Assembly: GCA_002633005.1 (NCBI GenBank) | Contig: NMRA01000019.1 | Span: 1,259,052 to 1,323,051 of the forward strand | Direction: 5' to 3' | From: Phoronis australis | Lineage: Eukaryota > Animalia > Phoronida | Length of the DNA stretch: 64,000 bases | Part shown: one piece after another, positions 1 through 12,400 of the stretch | Layout: each line of letters begins with the position of its first letter | How positions within the stretch are numbered: position 1 is the stretch's first letter | Notes under the pieces: generated by a model | Databases searched by the model: none | What the model saw: only the letters and a program-made list of their open reading frames with translations | Told to the model about the DNA's origin: nothing | Translations under genes and position numbers: made by a program

Positions 1-470
1 TCTTGAAGTGATAAAATCAAATTTCACTAGTTTATATTCCAGATTTAAGAATTTGATTGTAAATGACCATTTAGCAAGCCATTCTTAATTTTACCCTATA
101 GTAGGGACCAAAGTTAGTTAATTTTGTTTGTTGCCGTCATGTACTTCATGTCCAATGAGTTCTTTTACTTTATTTTAAAATGTTTTGCGTATGGCTTTTA
201 TAAGACTTTTAATCTAAGAAATCAGTTACATACAGCTGCAAACCTCGATGTAACTTTTGGATTGGTGTGGTGGGGATTACTTATGACAATTTAAAGATAA
301 GATTGGTATGTGTTGTTTCCAGTGTGCTCTGTTATTTATTGCCTGTACTAACAGTCTTATATTGTGGGTTGTACAGAGAAAATACAGAATTCATCATTGT
401 TGAAATGACTTGTGTTTTGAGGTAAATCTTCATTTATTTCATCTTACTGTATTTTATTTCTCATTTATAG

Positions 471-3400
471 GAGCCAGAGGAGTGTTTTGATACAACGCCA
501 CCTATATTTGCCGCCGACCAAGATAAAGATAAAAAATCTGAAATTGAGTACAGGATTGTGGAAAGTACGAAGATTTTTCATTAAAAAATTATTTACTTAA
601 TCATCAATGTCTTACTGTAGGGACACAGAGTTACTTTTAGGATAATATTTTTGTTTCACTCAGACCAACTGGTGCATTAAACTGTATCAACTGGGGCATT
701 AAACTGGACCAACTAGTGCATTAAACTTGTGTCTTACTCATGCCTTATTTGATCTTCAACATTTTGCACAGAAACTACTGAGGTGACCCATAGGTCTTCC
801 AAATAGACCCATAGATATGAGGCCCTCTGGGTCAATTGTCTCATATTCTTGTTTTCCTTAAGGGATTCTTGAGGATAGTGTTTACTTTTAGCAAGTAAGA
901 TGATTCTGTTTAAAGTCCAATGCATTGCTAATTAAGTTAAGCCAAAGTTACAAACTTCAAAGTTGCAGAAGCCAGGTTAGTTGCGGTGAAGTATTCCGTT
1001 AAGTGAACGTCATTCAATCCACTTTATTAAGTGTATTTAGGAACCTTAACTGGGGTTCTACCTCAAAACATGAAGTATGGTATTGACTGGGGTTCTAACC
1101 CACAACATGAACCAAAACAATAGTTTTCAGTCAAAGGGACACTGCATGTCAACAGTTTTAAGATTGAACAATTTCTTCATTAGGTATTCCTGCTAGAGAT
1201 GTAATTAACTGGGACACTTTCTTCCGTTTGGATGACGACTCCGGACAGCTGTGTCTACGGCGGATGTTTGAGATGCCTAGTCATAGTCTGAGAAGGTTCG
1301 AGTTTCGAATTCAGGTATACATCGATGCAAGATTAGAAAACTACGATATCCCGAAGTTTTTATCAAAATGTCTAATGGTTTTACTTAAGTTAAGAAAAAT
1401 ACCTATTTCAAAATGAACATGCTACTTTCTATTAGCAACTAATCCTTAAAGTGGCAATCAACTGGTGTCTTCTGTCAACAATCAGCTTTTGAATTTGGTC
1501 ACTTGCTATAATTGTTATATAATTGGTCTCATGTTGTTCCATGATTTGATTGGAAGTATTGTAGGCTTGGAAAGAACTGACTGGTTGTAATTTGCTTCAG
1601 ACCACTTGTTGTAGTCGTCATGGTAATATGGCCATCTAGAGATTTCCAGACCATTTGTTGTAACAAATTTTGATTCAAATTTAGCATAAGCTTGTGGTGG
1701 CATATCTGTTGAAAGAAGTTTATGGTGTAAAGTTTGGGAACAGTTTAAGTATTACGATAAAGTTTCTTCAAAGTAGTAAAATTCTATATTATAAAAATTT
1801 TCAACAAGAGTAAACAATAATAATTTTACTTGATTATTTGAAAAGTTCATATAGCACACGTTCTGATGTGGTCAACAAACTCATGATGAAATTTTGAAAT
1901 TTTTGGCAAGCAGTCAGTGCCTGAAAATGGAAGTAATTCACAATGTTGGCCATTATTTTAGTTTGACATTTTGGGCTTTGAGTGGTAACTAGTCTGCATA
2001 TTAGTGACTTAGAAGTTTGCGTAAGGTTGTAAATCATAGGTTTCGTTCACGCTCAATAGTCCTTTTAAAGTTGATTTTGAAAATCAGAGTATAACTGTCT
2101 TTGTTGTCCTGAGTAACTAAATACAGCTTAAACAAAAATTTATGATCCTGGCGCAGTTTGTTGTTGTTTTATTACTCCCTATGGGTTCTGAATAGCCCAG
2201 CTCAGAATGAATTTAAGGAAACGTCACCGTAGGTTGTTAAAATGTCACTGTTGTGACGTTGTTTATTGCTATGTTTCAGGCCTCTCAAAGAGACAACTCG
2301 GACAAGGCTGACTTCGCTACATTGTATGTTAACGTCAACAACAACAATGAGTACTCACCAGAGTTCATAAAGAGGCTGTGGAGGGTCAGTATTCCAGAGT
2401 ATCCAGATCTCAAGAATGGGGACTTGGTGGTGAAGCTGGAGGCTGAAGACAAGGATTTTGTGAGTGTAGCATACTAGCCAAAGGTCAGCCAGGTCTTGTA
2501 TTATAGGTACAATAAACTCACGCCTTGGGTCATTAAACCAACCCTTGAATTAGGTCACTTACGGATGTAAAATGGTTTCATCTTGTTCCTTTCTCCAGTT
2601 TGTCTAGGCTTGAGAAAAAATGACGTCATTAGCCGCTCTTCTATTCAAAACTAACTGCATTTATCAGATCCTCTCGTACATTCTTTAGGGATATATTAAG
2701 CATCAGTTGCGATTGTGTATGGGTTTCTTTTTTATTCTTTTCTAGTAAACAGGTTGTTTGTCATTCAGTGACTGCAAAGGACCAGATTTTAATGACAGCT
2801 TCAGTTTTTGTAGACCTCAATACGAAAAAATAGCCTTCACCACTTGTAAATTTTTTGTTTAACCTTAGGCAGTGCTATCACTGGCAGCCATCTTTGTTCC
2901 CTAATCCCCAAACAAAAGAAGTCCATCGGGTGTGGTAACTGGCTAGAGTAATACCAACCAGTAGGAATCTTTCAATGTTAAAGATTGGGAAGTGAGATGT
3001 AGCGCCTCATTGTTCAAGATTACTTCAGGCCATGCTCATTGTGTTGCTAAGTCACCGTGGGTTACTTCAGGCCATGCTCATTGTGTTGCTAAGTCACCGT
3101 GGGTTACTTCAGCTGCCAAAACAGTATATGGCTGTCACAGGAAGTCCAACCATTTTATTGTATTCAATTTGAGTTTAAACAAAGGATAAGAACGCGATGA
3201 TGTTGCTTTGAAAGAGCAAATAGGCTTTATACCAAAACCTAAGAACATTGGTTTATAGCAACTTTCTTCAATACATGGAAGTCTGAAGTAGTCAATAATG
3301 GCTTCACGTAGATGCAGGGGGAGTCGGTGTAGGGACATGCGGCCTATGCAGGTGGGTATGGCTTCTCATGATGGGAGCATTTCGACCTCTCACGTATCAT

Positions 3401-6400
3401 CTTTGGTAAAATTTTGCATCGTTGGTTTCGTCTAGGGTGGGTAAATGAAAGAAGTCATAATCTAGAGCACGTACTGTATCCAAATTATAGTGTCAGCACT
3501 TGTATCTTGGTCTTCCTCTTTTTGAACTCTTGAATTCACCTATGTGTTCTCTGAGATATGAATTTAATCAGTGGCTACAGGTTTATTCAGACACCTATAT
3601 GATTGTATGTATTCTCTGAGAGATTATCAATCTAATCAATGGCTGCAGGTCAACAGAGTTCTGTCTTCATGTATCCTCTATTCGGTATTGTGAATTAAGT
3701 GATGTAAGAGAATTTGATAACCGTCTGCTGGCAACAGTGACCAGCTTTCTGAAACATGTCAATCAATTGTCATTTCGCACTCGCCGCTGCTAACTTTCAG
3801 GGAAAAATTCATACAACTGAAATCCGCTGGAAATTATTTGTTAGGTTGTGCTTGGGTGATTTTGATAGGATAATTGTTTTGGGCTGAAATGGAGGGTAGG
3901 GGTCTCAGCAGACTGCAGAGTACATCCAATTAAATTAAATTAAAGAGCTGATGGGGATATTTCCTTTGCACACCAACTTTACCCTCTCTGTGTAAAGTGC
4001 ATTTTTGTTGAGGTTTCGACCATCATTGTTGGTGGTGATATGCTAAAATGTATAATATGGATTTTTTGATGTTTTGTAGGGTAGAAATGGAAGGTTTGCT
4101 TATCATATCCTGTCCGGTGAGGTTGATGCGTTGGACTTCAATGTTGAAACTGGTGAGCTGACTGTGAGAGATGCCACTGTGTTTGACAGAGAAGTGAAGA
4201 ATGTCTATGAGATGGAAGTAAGATGTATGCCTTAACATTCATGTGATTGGAAACTAGTTGGATTGAAATTGTAACACTTGAATGGTCTGTAAAATAAGAT
4301 AATACACTCAGTGAATGGAATACAGGATGATATAATATAATTGGTTATTCAATACTAAAGACTTAGGTCACTGGTGAATAAGAAATCCTTTTTCGCAGCG
4401 CCTCATTTACAGTCAACCTGTGTCACACATTTGCTCCAAGAACATCTCTATCTAGAGTCGTGATATATCTCATTGTTAATGCATGTTGCTGTACCATTCA
4501 GGTGACTTGTGTGGAGACAGAGTCGTTGGAGCGTAAGGAGTCCAGTTACCCAGCTACTGTGAGAATATCACTGAGTGATGCTAATGACAATGCACCAGTG
4601 TTTGAAAAGACGTCTTACTCATACACTGTCAGAGACAGCCACCCTGAGGGAACACCAATACAAAAAGTAAGTTTATAGCACTTATGTCTAAGGGACACAA
4701 TTGATCTTGGGGGCTAAAACACATTTTTAGGGTTATTGTTGGGCATGATAGACTTCTTGAAATTATTAGCTTTGTCTAGAGCTATGAGACGGGGAGACTA
4801 TGTTGTGTTTTGTAACTTTATTTAAAATTGCTGATTCTCGACATTGGCTTCCAGTCATTCAGTACAAATAACTGAAATCGAGGCTAGTCACCTTATTAAG
4901 TTAATGTGCTTTAAATATTCGACTACTAGCCACATTTGACTTTTTACTTTACTAGCTAAGCATTGCGTACTGCAACCGTTTAGTTTGTGGACTCGGATAT
5001 GCCTTGGAACTGGTCTCAGCTATGCACATTTTCGTTGATAATGTCACCTTAACAATTTTAAAACAAACTTTATTACATTACATGATATCATTTTTCAATG
5101 TTTGGTGGAGAAGTGCCCAATTTATTTGTGAATGTGGCATTGGGAGTGAAATTGATAGTACGTTGCATTTGGTTCTGCGCTAATCTCTGCAAGTTGTTGC
5201 ACTTTGTAGGACGGCAGTAAGGTAGTAGCCCACGATGCTGACATTGGTGTGAATGGACAGATCAAGTATACCATAACTTCAGTATGGAACACCAGGGGGA
5301 CCACCTCATTGTCAGACATTGGAAGGTTCTTGGTATCTAGTGAGGGCCAGATCATCCTTAATAGGAATTTCAGGCTGATGAGACGGATGAAGAGATTCCC
5401 CGAATACGCTCTGGAAGTACAGGCGACGGACAAAGCAGCGGACAAGACTAAGAGAAGGTATGTATTTTGTGCTGAGATGGTTGGACTTTTTGTCTCGAAC
5501 TAGTGAACTTAATGTACAAACCACCACAAGAATATAGTATCACTAATATAATATATCATCTTTAATATATTATGATATATCTTCACTAATATGTTATATT
5601 ATATCACCACTAATATATTGTATTATTTCATCACTATATTTTATAGTATATTACATCACTAATTGTTGCAGTTTGTAAATGACATGGTTAATAATGGCAA
5701 TTATTAAATCTTTTTACATAATCTTACCTCATATGTCCAATCCTTTAATTTTAAGATATAAAGACGATCACAGTGATTAGCCCCCTTTATGTGCTAAGCA
5801 ATGCAATGACAAGGCCTGTGCCACTGCTCGCATAAGAACTACATGTTTTTGTAAAATTTGAACTTTGATGTTGTTTTATTCAAAGATAACAATCATGAAC
5901 ACCAAATGGTACCCACTGTGTCTGACATATGTGAAGGTTTCCAGCAAAATTGCCTTCCTGTCTGTGATCAGCGTTCTTATATCAGCAGACTTGAGGAGAA
6001 AGAAGTACCATAATAGAGATGTGTTCACAAAATTGATGGAGTTGTCTCTCTCTGCTACTCCTTGTGCATTAACTGTGAATGATTTAGTGTTGAGTTTAGT
6101 TGGCTAGCAGTGCAACAGTTACCAGCTCCTGTGGTTTTCAGTATAGTCGAGTCCTTGAGCAAGGCACTTAACTGCATTTTTTATGTTGATTCAGCTGTAT
6201 AAACAGACAATAGTCAATTACAGGGCCCCCAGATTTTAGAAACCAGCCTGATGCTTGTTAGTTCAGTATAGAAATCTGGTTTTCAAAATGCAGGACCTGT
6301 GTAAGTAACTATTACTATTTATAAATGTGCCAGACATGACTGGGAAGTGACCTGGCTGGATTCCTAATCGTTGGAGTTAATTAAAGACTGTTATCCACTC

Positions 6401-9400
6401 AAGTTACAGAAACTGGAGTTAGCAACTGGTCAATGNATAAAGACGATCACAGTGATTAGCCCCCTTTATGTGCTAATCAATGCAATGACAAGGCCTGTGC
6501 CACTGCTCGCATAAGAACTACATGTTTTTGTAAAATTTGAACTTTGATGTTGTTTTATTCAAAGATAACAATCATGAACACCAAATGGTACCCACTGTGT
6601 CTGACATATGTGAAGGTTTCCAGCAAAATTGCCTTCCTGTCTGTGATCAGCGTTCTTATATCAGCAGACTTGAGGAGAAAGAAGTACCATAATAGAGATG
6701 TGTTCACAAAATTGATGGAGTTGTCTTTCTCTGCTACTCCTTGTGCATTAACTTTGAATGATTTAGTGTTGAGTGTAGTTGGCTAGCAGTGCAACAGTTA
6801 CCAACTCCTGTGGTTTTCAGTATAGTCGAGTCCTTGAGCAAGGCACTTAACTGCATTTTTTATGTTAATTCAGCTGTATAAACAGACAATAGTCAATTAC
6901 AGGGCCCCAGATTTTGGAAACCAGTCTGATGCTTGTTAGTTCAGTAGAGAAATCTGGTTTTCAAAATGCGGGACCTGTGTACGTAACTATTACTATTTAA
7001 AAATGTGCCAGACTTGACTGGGAAGTGACCCGGCTGGATTCCTGATCATTGGAGTTAATTAAAAACTCTTATCCACTCAAGTTACCAGAAACTGGAGTTA
7101 GCAACTGGTGAATTAGCTTAATTTACATCTGTTGCCTCGTTCCCTTCAGAGCAGCTAAGACCAGAGTCACTATCAATGTTGTGGAAACCAATGACCACCC
7201 GCCAGTGTTCATCAACCAAAAGTTGGGGCACCTCTTGTCACACAACCAAGCCTTGGAGTTAGGATTGCAGTCTCAGGGGTCGCGGACAGAGTTCACTTCT
7301 CATGTAGCTGAGAATTCATCACCAGGGGGTCTTGTGCTGAAAATGCCAGTGTGTAGTTTCTCTATTTCTGTTCAATGTTCTCATTTTAGTATTATGTACG
7401 AGCAATAGTTTCAGCATGTGTTATTTAACGTTTTAAATTTTATTAGTGACAGGGTTTGGCATTGAGGTTCATGTGGTTGTAAGGAAAGAAGAATGATCAT
7501 TACACTGTCTAGTAATCAATAAAAATCATTTCCAAGGAAATACATTTAAGTCTGTTTTAGCTCCAGTGCCAAGTTTTCTCCTGAGACGAGTAGCCTGAGT
7601 TTTGCTCACTACAGTTGAGTATGATCAACCATAGCTGGTGTAAGCACTTCATGTTTTGAGACTTATCCCTCAGCTACAGACATTTCATATGTCGAGTGTC
7701 AGATGTCCATTTTGATTATGGCTGTCCACTGATACATTTTAAATTTGCAATTTCACTGATGCGATAAAGTTGTTTTTGCCCTCGTCTAAAGGAAATATAT
7801 TCCAACAACTTCAGACAAAACATTGTCTTACTATGAGAGGAGTTACATTAATTTGAAGAGTGAAAGTCACGGAATTAGCACAATGGGGTCTGCTTGTAAA
7901 CTGCTTTCTGGAGAAACTTGACACCACAAATGCTTAGTTTGTGTAGCTGAATTAGGCTTAACACCATGATCCAGACGGAAATTGCATAACTCAAAACAGT
8001 TCTTTTAGCTTCAGGAGAAAACTTGGCTATGTTCTTTATGAAATGTTGAATGTTTTCCAAATTTACAGTGATTGCGGTAGTCCCATTTCAGACATCTGTA
8101 GACATCTGTAAGTCTACCTTGATTTTAGGTTCAAGATGCTGATGGGGATGAAGACATCTTCCTCAATTACAGAATTACATCCGGTAATGACGGGGACGTG
8201 TTTGACATTTCCAACAGGTAGAACCTTTGTGTCAACATTATTGGTTTTTGTTAGCTGGTAGCTTGTACATCTAAACTAATTGCCTTATACATTAGAGATA
8301 GATGCCTGTTAATAATGTTCCCAGTATGTTTTTCTGTAATTTTGGCACATGTGGTATTTGATTTCCAAGAGTACAAAGTTGCAAGGTGCATCATGTAATT
8401 AATTCTTTTAGCAATAACAGTTGAACCAGTCGTCAAAAAGGACCTTCTCTCAGGCACACTTCACAAATTTGCTGTTACAGCAGTAAGGGGGCTCTGTTGA
8501 TATACAGGCTTGTCCTTCAGGTGGAGTTGTTTTTGTAGGGGTTGGCTGACACATGTGAAACCACTGGACAGAGAGAATCATACTAGGTTTGACCTTGTGG
8601 TGCAGGTGTCTGATGGAAAACACGTAAGATTAAACTTACGGAAACTTATTAACAAGTCATATTGTTGTCAAATGTCTTGTGACCTTAAAGTCAACATGTT
8701 CTTAAGGTAACATTGGGCTTTTAACTTTATATGTTTTGGCTTTGTTGTGAGTTGTCATTTATGCAACGGAGAGCTCATAAAGTGATACTAGTAAGACGAT
8801 GGTTCAATTGCATAAATGCATATTGTCAGTTAGTCACATGGCACCCATAGCCCATAGATGCCTGGTGCTAGTGAACAGCTGTATGTTTTCAATCAGTTTC
8901 TCTAACAACATGAGGACCCATTTTTATCAATGCCATCTGGTGGTGAATATCATGCTCTACATTTGTGTATACCATCACAGCATAATTCTACATTCAGCAT
9001 TTAGCATGAAGTAGTAGTAAAACCTGCAATATCACAATGATAACTTTTGGGTTGTTGATACTTGTCTGAAAAAAATGAAATGTATTGCTTGTGTAGCTTC
9101 ACTGCCAAAGCAAGGATACTTAACATCTTCATGAAAACGTTTACAAGACTTTGACGCTATTAAATCTCATTGACCCAGAATACCAATGCACTAAATGCCT
9201 AGTCTGTGTCTTTGTAGCCTGGAATAAATTATTGTAGTGTTGCGATTCGTAAGTTCTTCCCATTGCAAGTAAAGCTTCATTTCACAATACTGACTACCAT
9301 ATCTCTTTCTCTCAGACTGCTGACGCCATGGTTCACGTCATGATTGTTGACAGTAACGACAATGCACCTATCTTCAACCAGTCTCTATATGTGTTCACTA

Positions 9401-12400
9401 TACCTGAAGAATCAGGTGTAGGCACTGTTGTGGGTCAAGTGTACGCTACTGATGGAGATGAAGGTGTCAATGGACAGGTGTCATATCGTCTCCTCAATAA
9501 TGAAGATGACTCTGATGAACTATTTGTTATTGATGAAAAGGTATAACCAGACTTTACATTATTTATTAACGTGCCCATTGTTTGTCTACATAGTTAGAGT
9601 CAGTGCATTTGCTAAGTTTTCACTTAGAATTTTTTATTGAATACAATGTTTAACATTCATAAGTAGTTTACTGTCTGTCTATAGTTTGTTGGTTAACTGA
9701 AGGAACTTGAATGTAGTAAATGTAAATTACACTGCTAATGGGAACTTCATATTTCAGACTGGAGTGATTTATGTGCAAAGGCTGAGTTGGTTGTTTGACA
9801 GAGAGCGGAACACTTTCTTCTCTCTGACTGTGGAGGCTACAGACACTGGGGAAAAACCAAAGACTGTGAGTAAGGAGTTATAAATTGACAATCAAATGAG
9901 TGCCGAGTCACTGTTTGTAGCTTATTCAGATGTGCAGTTGTTTATCCATGTATAGACGTATCACAGCTATCATCTTTGCCACTTACCTAATACACAAATA
10001 ATGTAGAAATTACAATAGCAATTCAAACAAGAATTTAATTGACTAAAAGAAATTATGTTTGGAGTCACTGGATTAGGAAATAGAAATGTTGTGACCAAGT
10101 GATTGCATTCTTACCAATAATTATAGACTCGGTTATTATTTAAAGAACTCTAATTTTTCATCATTATGTATAACTGCATGTCTTATGTCAAGCATTGTTG
10201 TCAAGGCAACAACAGAGGTGAAGGTTAAGCTAAAGAACATCAATGACAACCCACCTGTGTTCAAACATCTGCGTTATCATGGGACTGTGGTGGAAGACAA
10301 CGAGGATCCCATACAAGACCAGGTTGTGAAGATGGTAGGTGTTCTATCTACTATACTATAATAACTGGTAGTTTGTGTTCAAACATCCTCACTGTCAAAA
10401 GGCAGTGATGGAAGACTGTGGTGAATACAAGACCAGGTGGAGAAGGTGGTAAGTGTTCTATCAGTGTATACTGTTGTAGACACTGGTAATTAGTGTTCGA
10501 ACACCCTCACTATCAAGAGACAGTGATGGGGGACAATACAAGACCAGGTAGTGAAGATGGCAAGTGTTCCATCTATCTAATACTGTCAGTAGTTTGTGTT
10601 CAAGCACCCTCAGTATCAAGAGACAGTGATGGGGGGACAGTAGTGAACCAATACACGACCACGTGGTAAAGATAGTAAATGCTCAATCATATTCCATCAT
10701 TATATGCTGTTCTAGCCTTGTGTAGTTTGTGTTGAAGCACCCCTGCAGTCTCCTGATATATGAGGATTATCAAGGAAATTATAATACAACACCATGTGGT
10801 GTTAATGGTTGTATTTATTATGTTAAGATTTGTGCTCAAGCACTCGCAGCTGACACAGGACAGTAACACAGTGGATAATTCTTTGTGTAATTATAATGTT
10901 GCTTATCATTCACCTATGGTATCAGTGGTGGTTTGAATCCTAAAACCCCTTCACGATACTGTCAAGGCAATTCAAACTTGCATCAAGTGACAAAATCATG
11001 ACCAAATCATTGATTATACTTAGTGAGTGGTTTTATTGTTGACGTACGTAATCATGATGGCGTTCTCCCATTCAGTGACTACCAGAAATAGAGCAGTTGT
11101 GAGCATGTGATAACATCTAGCTCCTTTGTTAACTGCCGAGCACAGTCTTTTGTCTGATATGACAACATGCAAGACAATTATCTACCAGGCTTATTACCGA
11201 CCACATGTGAACGCAGTCAAACCCAGTGGGAATTGGTATTGGATTGTCATAACTTCAGTTGTAGTTGGGCGATTTTGGTGATTCAAAAACTAAACATGAT
11301 CAGCATTTGACGGGAAATTCAGAAATGCTATTGGTTTGTGTTCAAATTTGTTATAACTTAACTTTTATTTTTAACAGCACAGCCCAGTCAGGCTAGATAT
11401 GATCTTATCAGAGATTAGAGCTGGCCCTCCAACCATAAGTGCCAGAATGGAGTTAATCCTTCATGTAAGATGCTGGCTACAGTGGTCATCCTCTCAACTT
11501 GTTGTTGTGCTATAGAATCGAACAAGTTGGGCTCAACGGGAAAACGCCCCGTAAATTTTTACTCTTAGCTATGATTTCTTGTAACTGCTGTTTGTATGTT
11601 TTTCTGTTTGAAAATGCCAGATAGATTCTTATGATAATTTTGTTTTGTTGTCTTTCCCATTCTATTTAGGAAGAGAAGATTGAGGTGATGGATAAGGATG
11701 GTTCATCCGATGATGTTCGCTTTAGCTTGTCTGGGTTGCTAAGTGAAATGTTCAACATCGACCCAATCACTGCACAGATCACTGTGGCCAATGCAGGTGT
11801 AATCGATTGTGAAGTCCGATGTGAATATGTTTTCAAGGTACTAATGATATACGATGTTGACAAAAACTTTTGTGTAGTATTAAAAGATTAACGAGTGTGC
11901 TTTGGCTGCATGTGCCTTTTGTTTTAAATATTTTTGCTTCCAAAAATGATTTTTTGACAAATCCAGGGTGTGTTTCCTACTTCGTAATTGCCTCTAAAAT
12001 ACTTCAATGAGATTGAGCTATATCCTATGTATCACTTTTTCAGATTGTCGCCACTGACAACAAAGGTCAAGGATTTGCCACTCTTGCTGATCTCACCATT
12101 ACCGTAAGCGACATGAATGACAATTCTCCACTATTCTCAGAAGCTTACGTGTTTGACCTTCAGAATGACCTCCCGGTCGGCAACATGGTGGGCAAGGTCA
12201 AGGCACGTGATGCGGACATGGAGGAAAAGAACAACCAAGTGATGTATATCTTGAAACAAGGAGGGTATGGGAAGTTTGGAGTTGACTTTGAGACTGGTTA
12301 GTATCATCAATGATGTTCTTTGAGTGGCAGTCTTCATATCAGGGCTTGGAATTTTCCACGGAAACGTGGATTTCCGCTTTTTTCAAATGTTCTGTCCGCG

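Noticed and set aside
1480-1760. Possible decayed LINE (CR1/L2) 3' end on the minus strand (…PIKSWNN…)
   Set aside because: The resemblance is limited to a few residues and no RT core motifs are visible.
5865-6786. Two near-identical 80-aa ORFs as a tandem small-gene pair
   Set aside because: They start at TTG, have no recognisable motif, are intronic, and are duplicated only because of the block duplication at N 6436.
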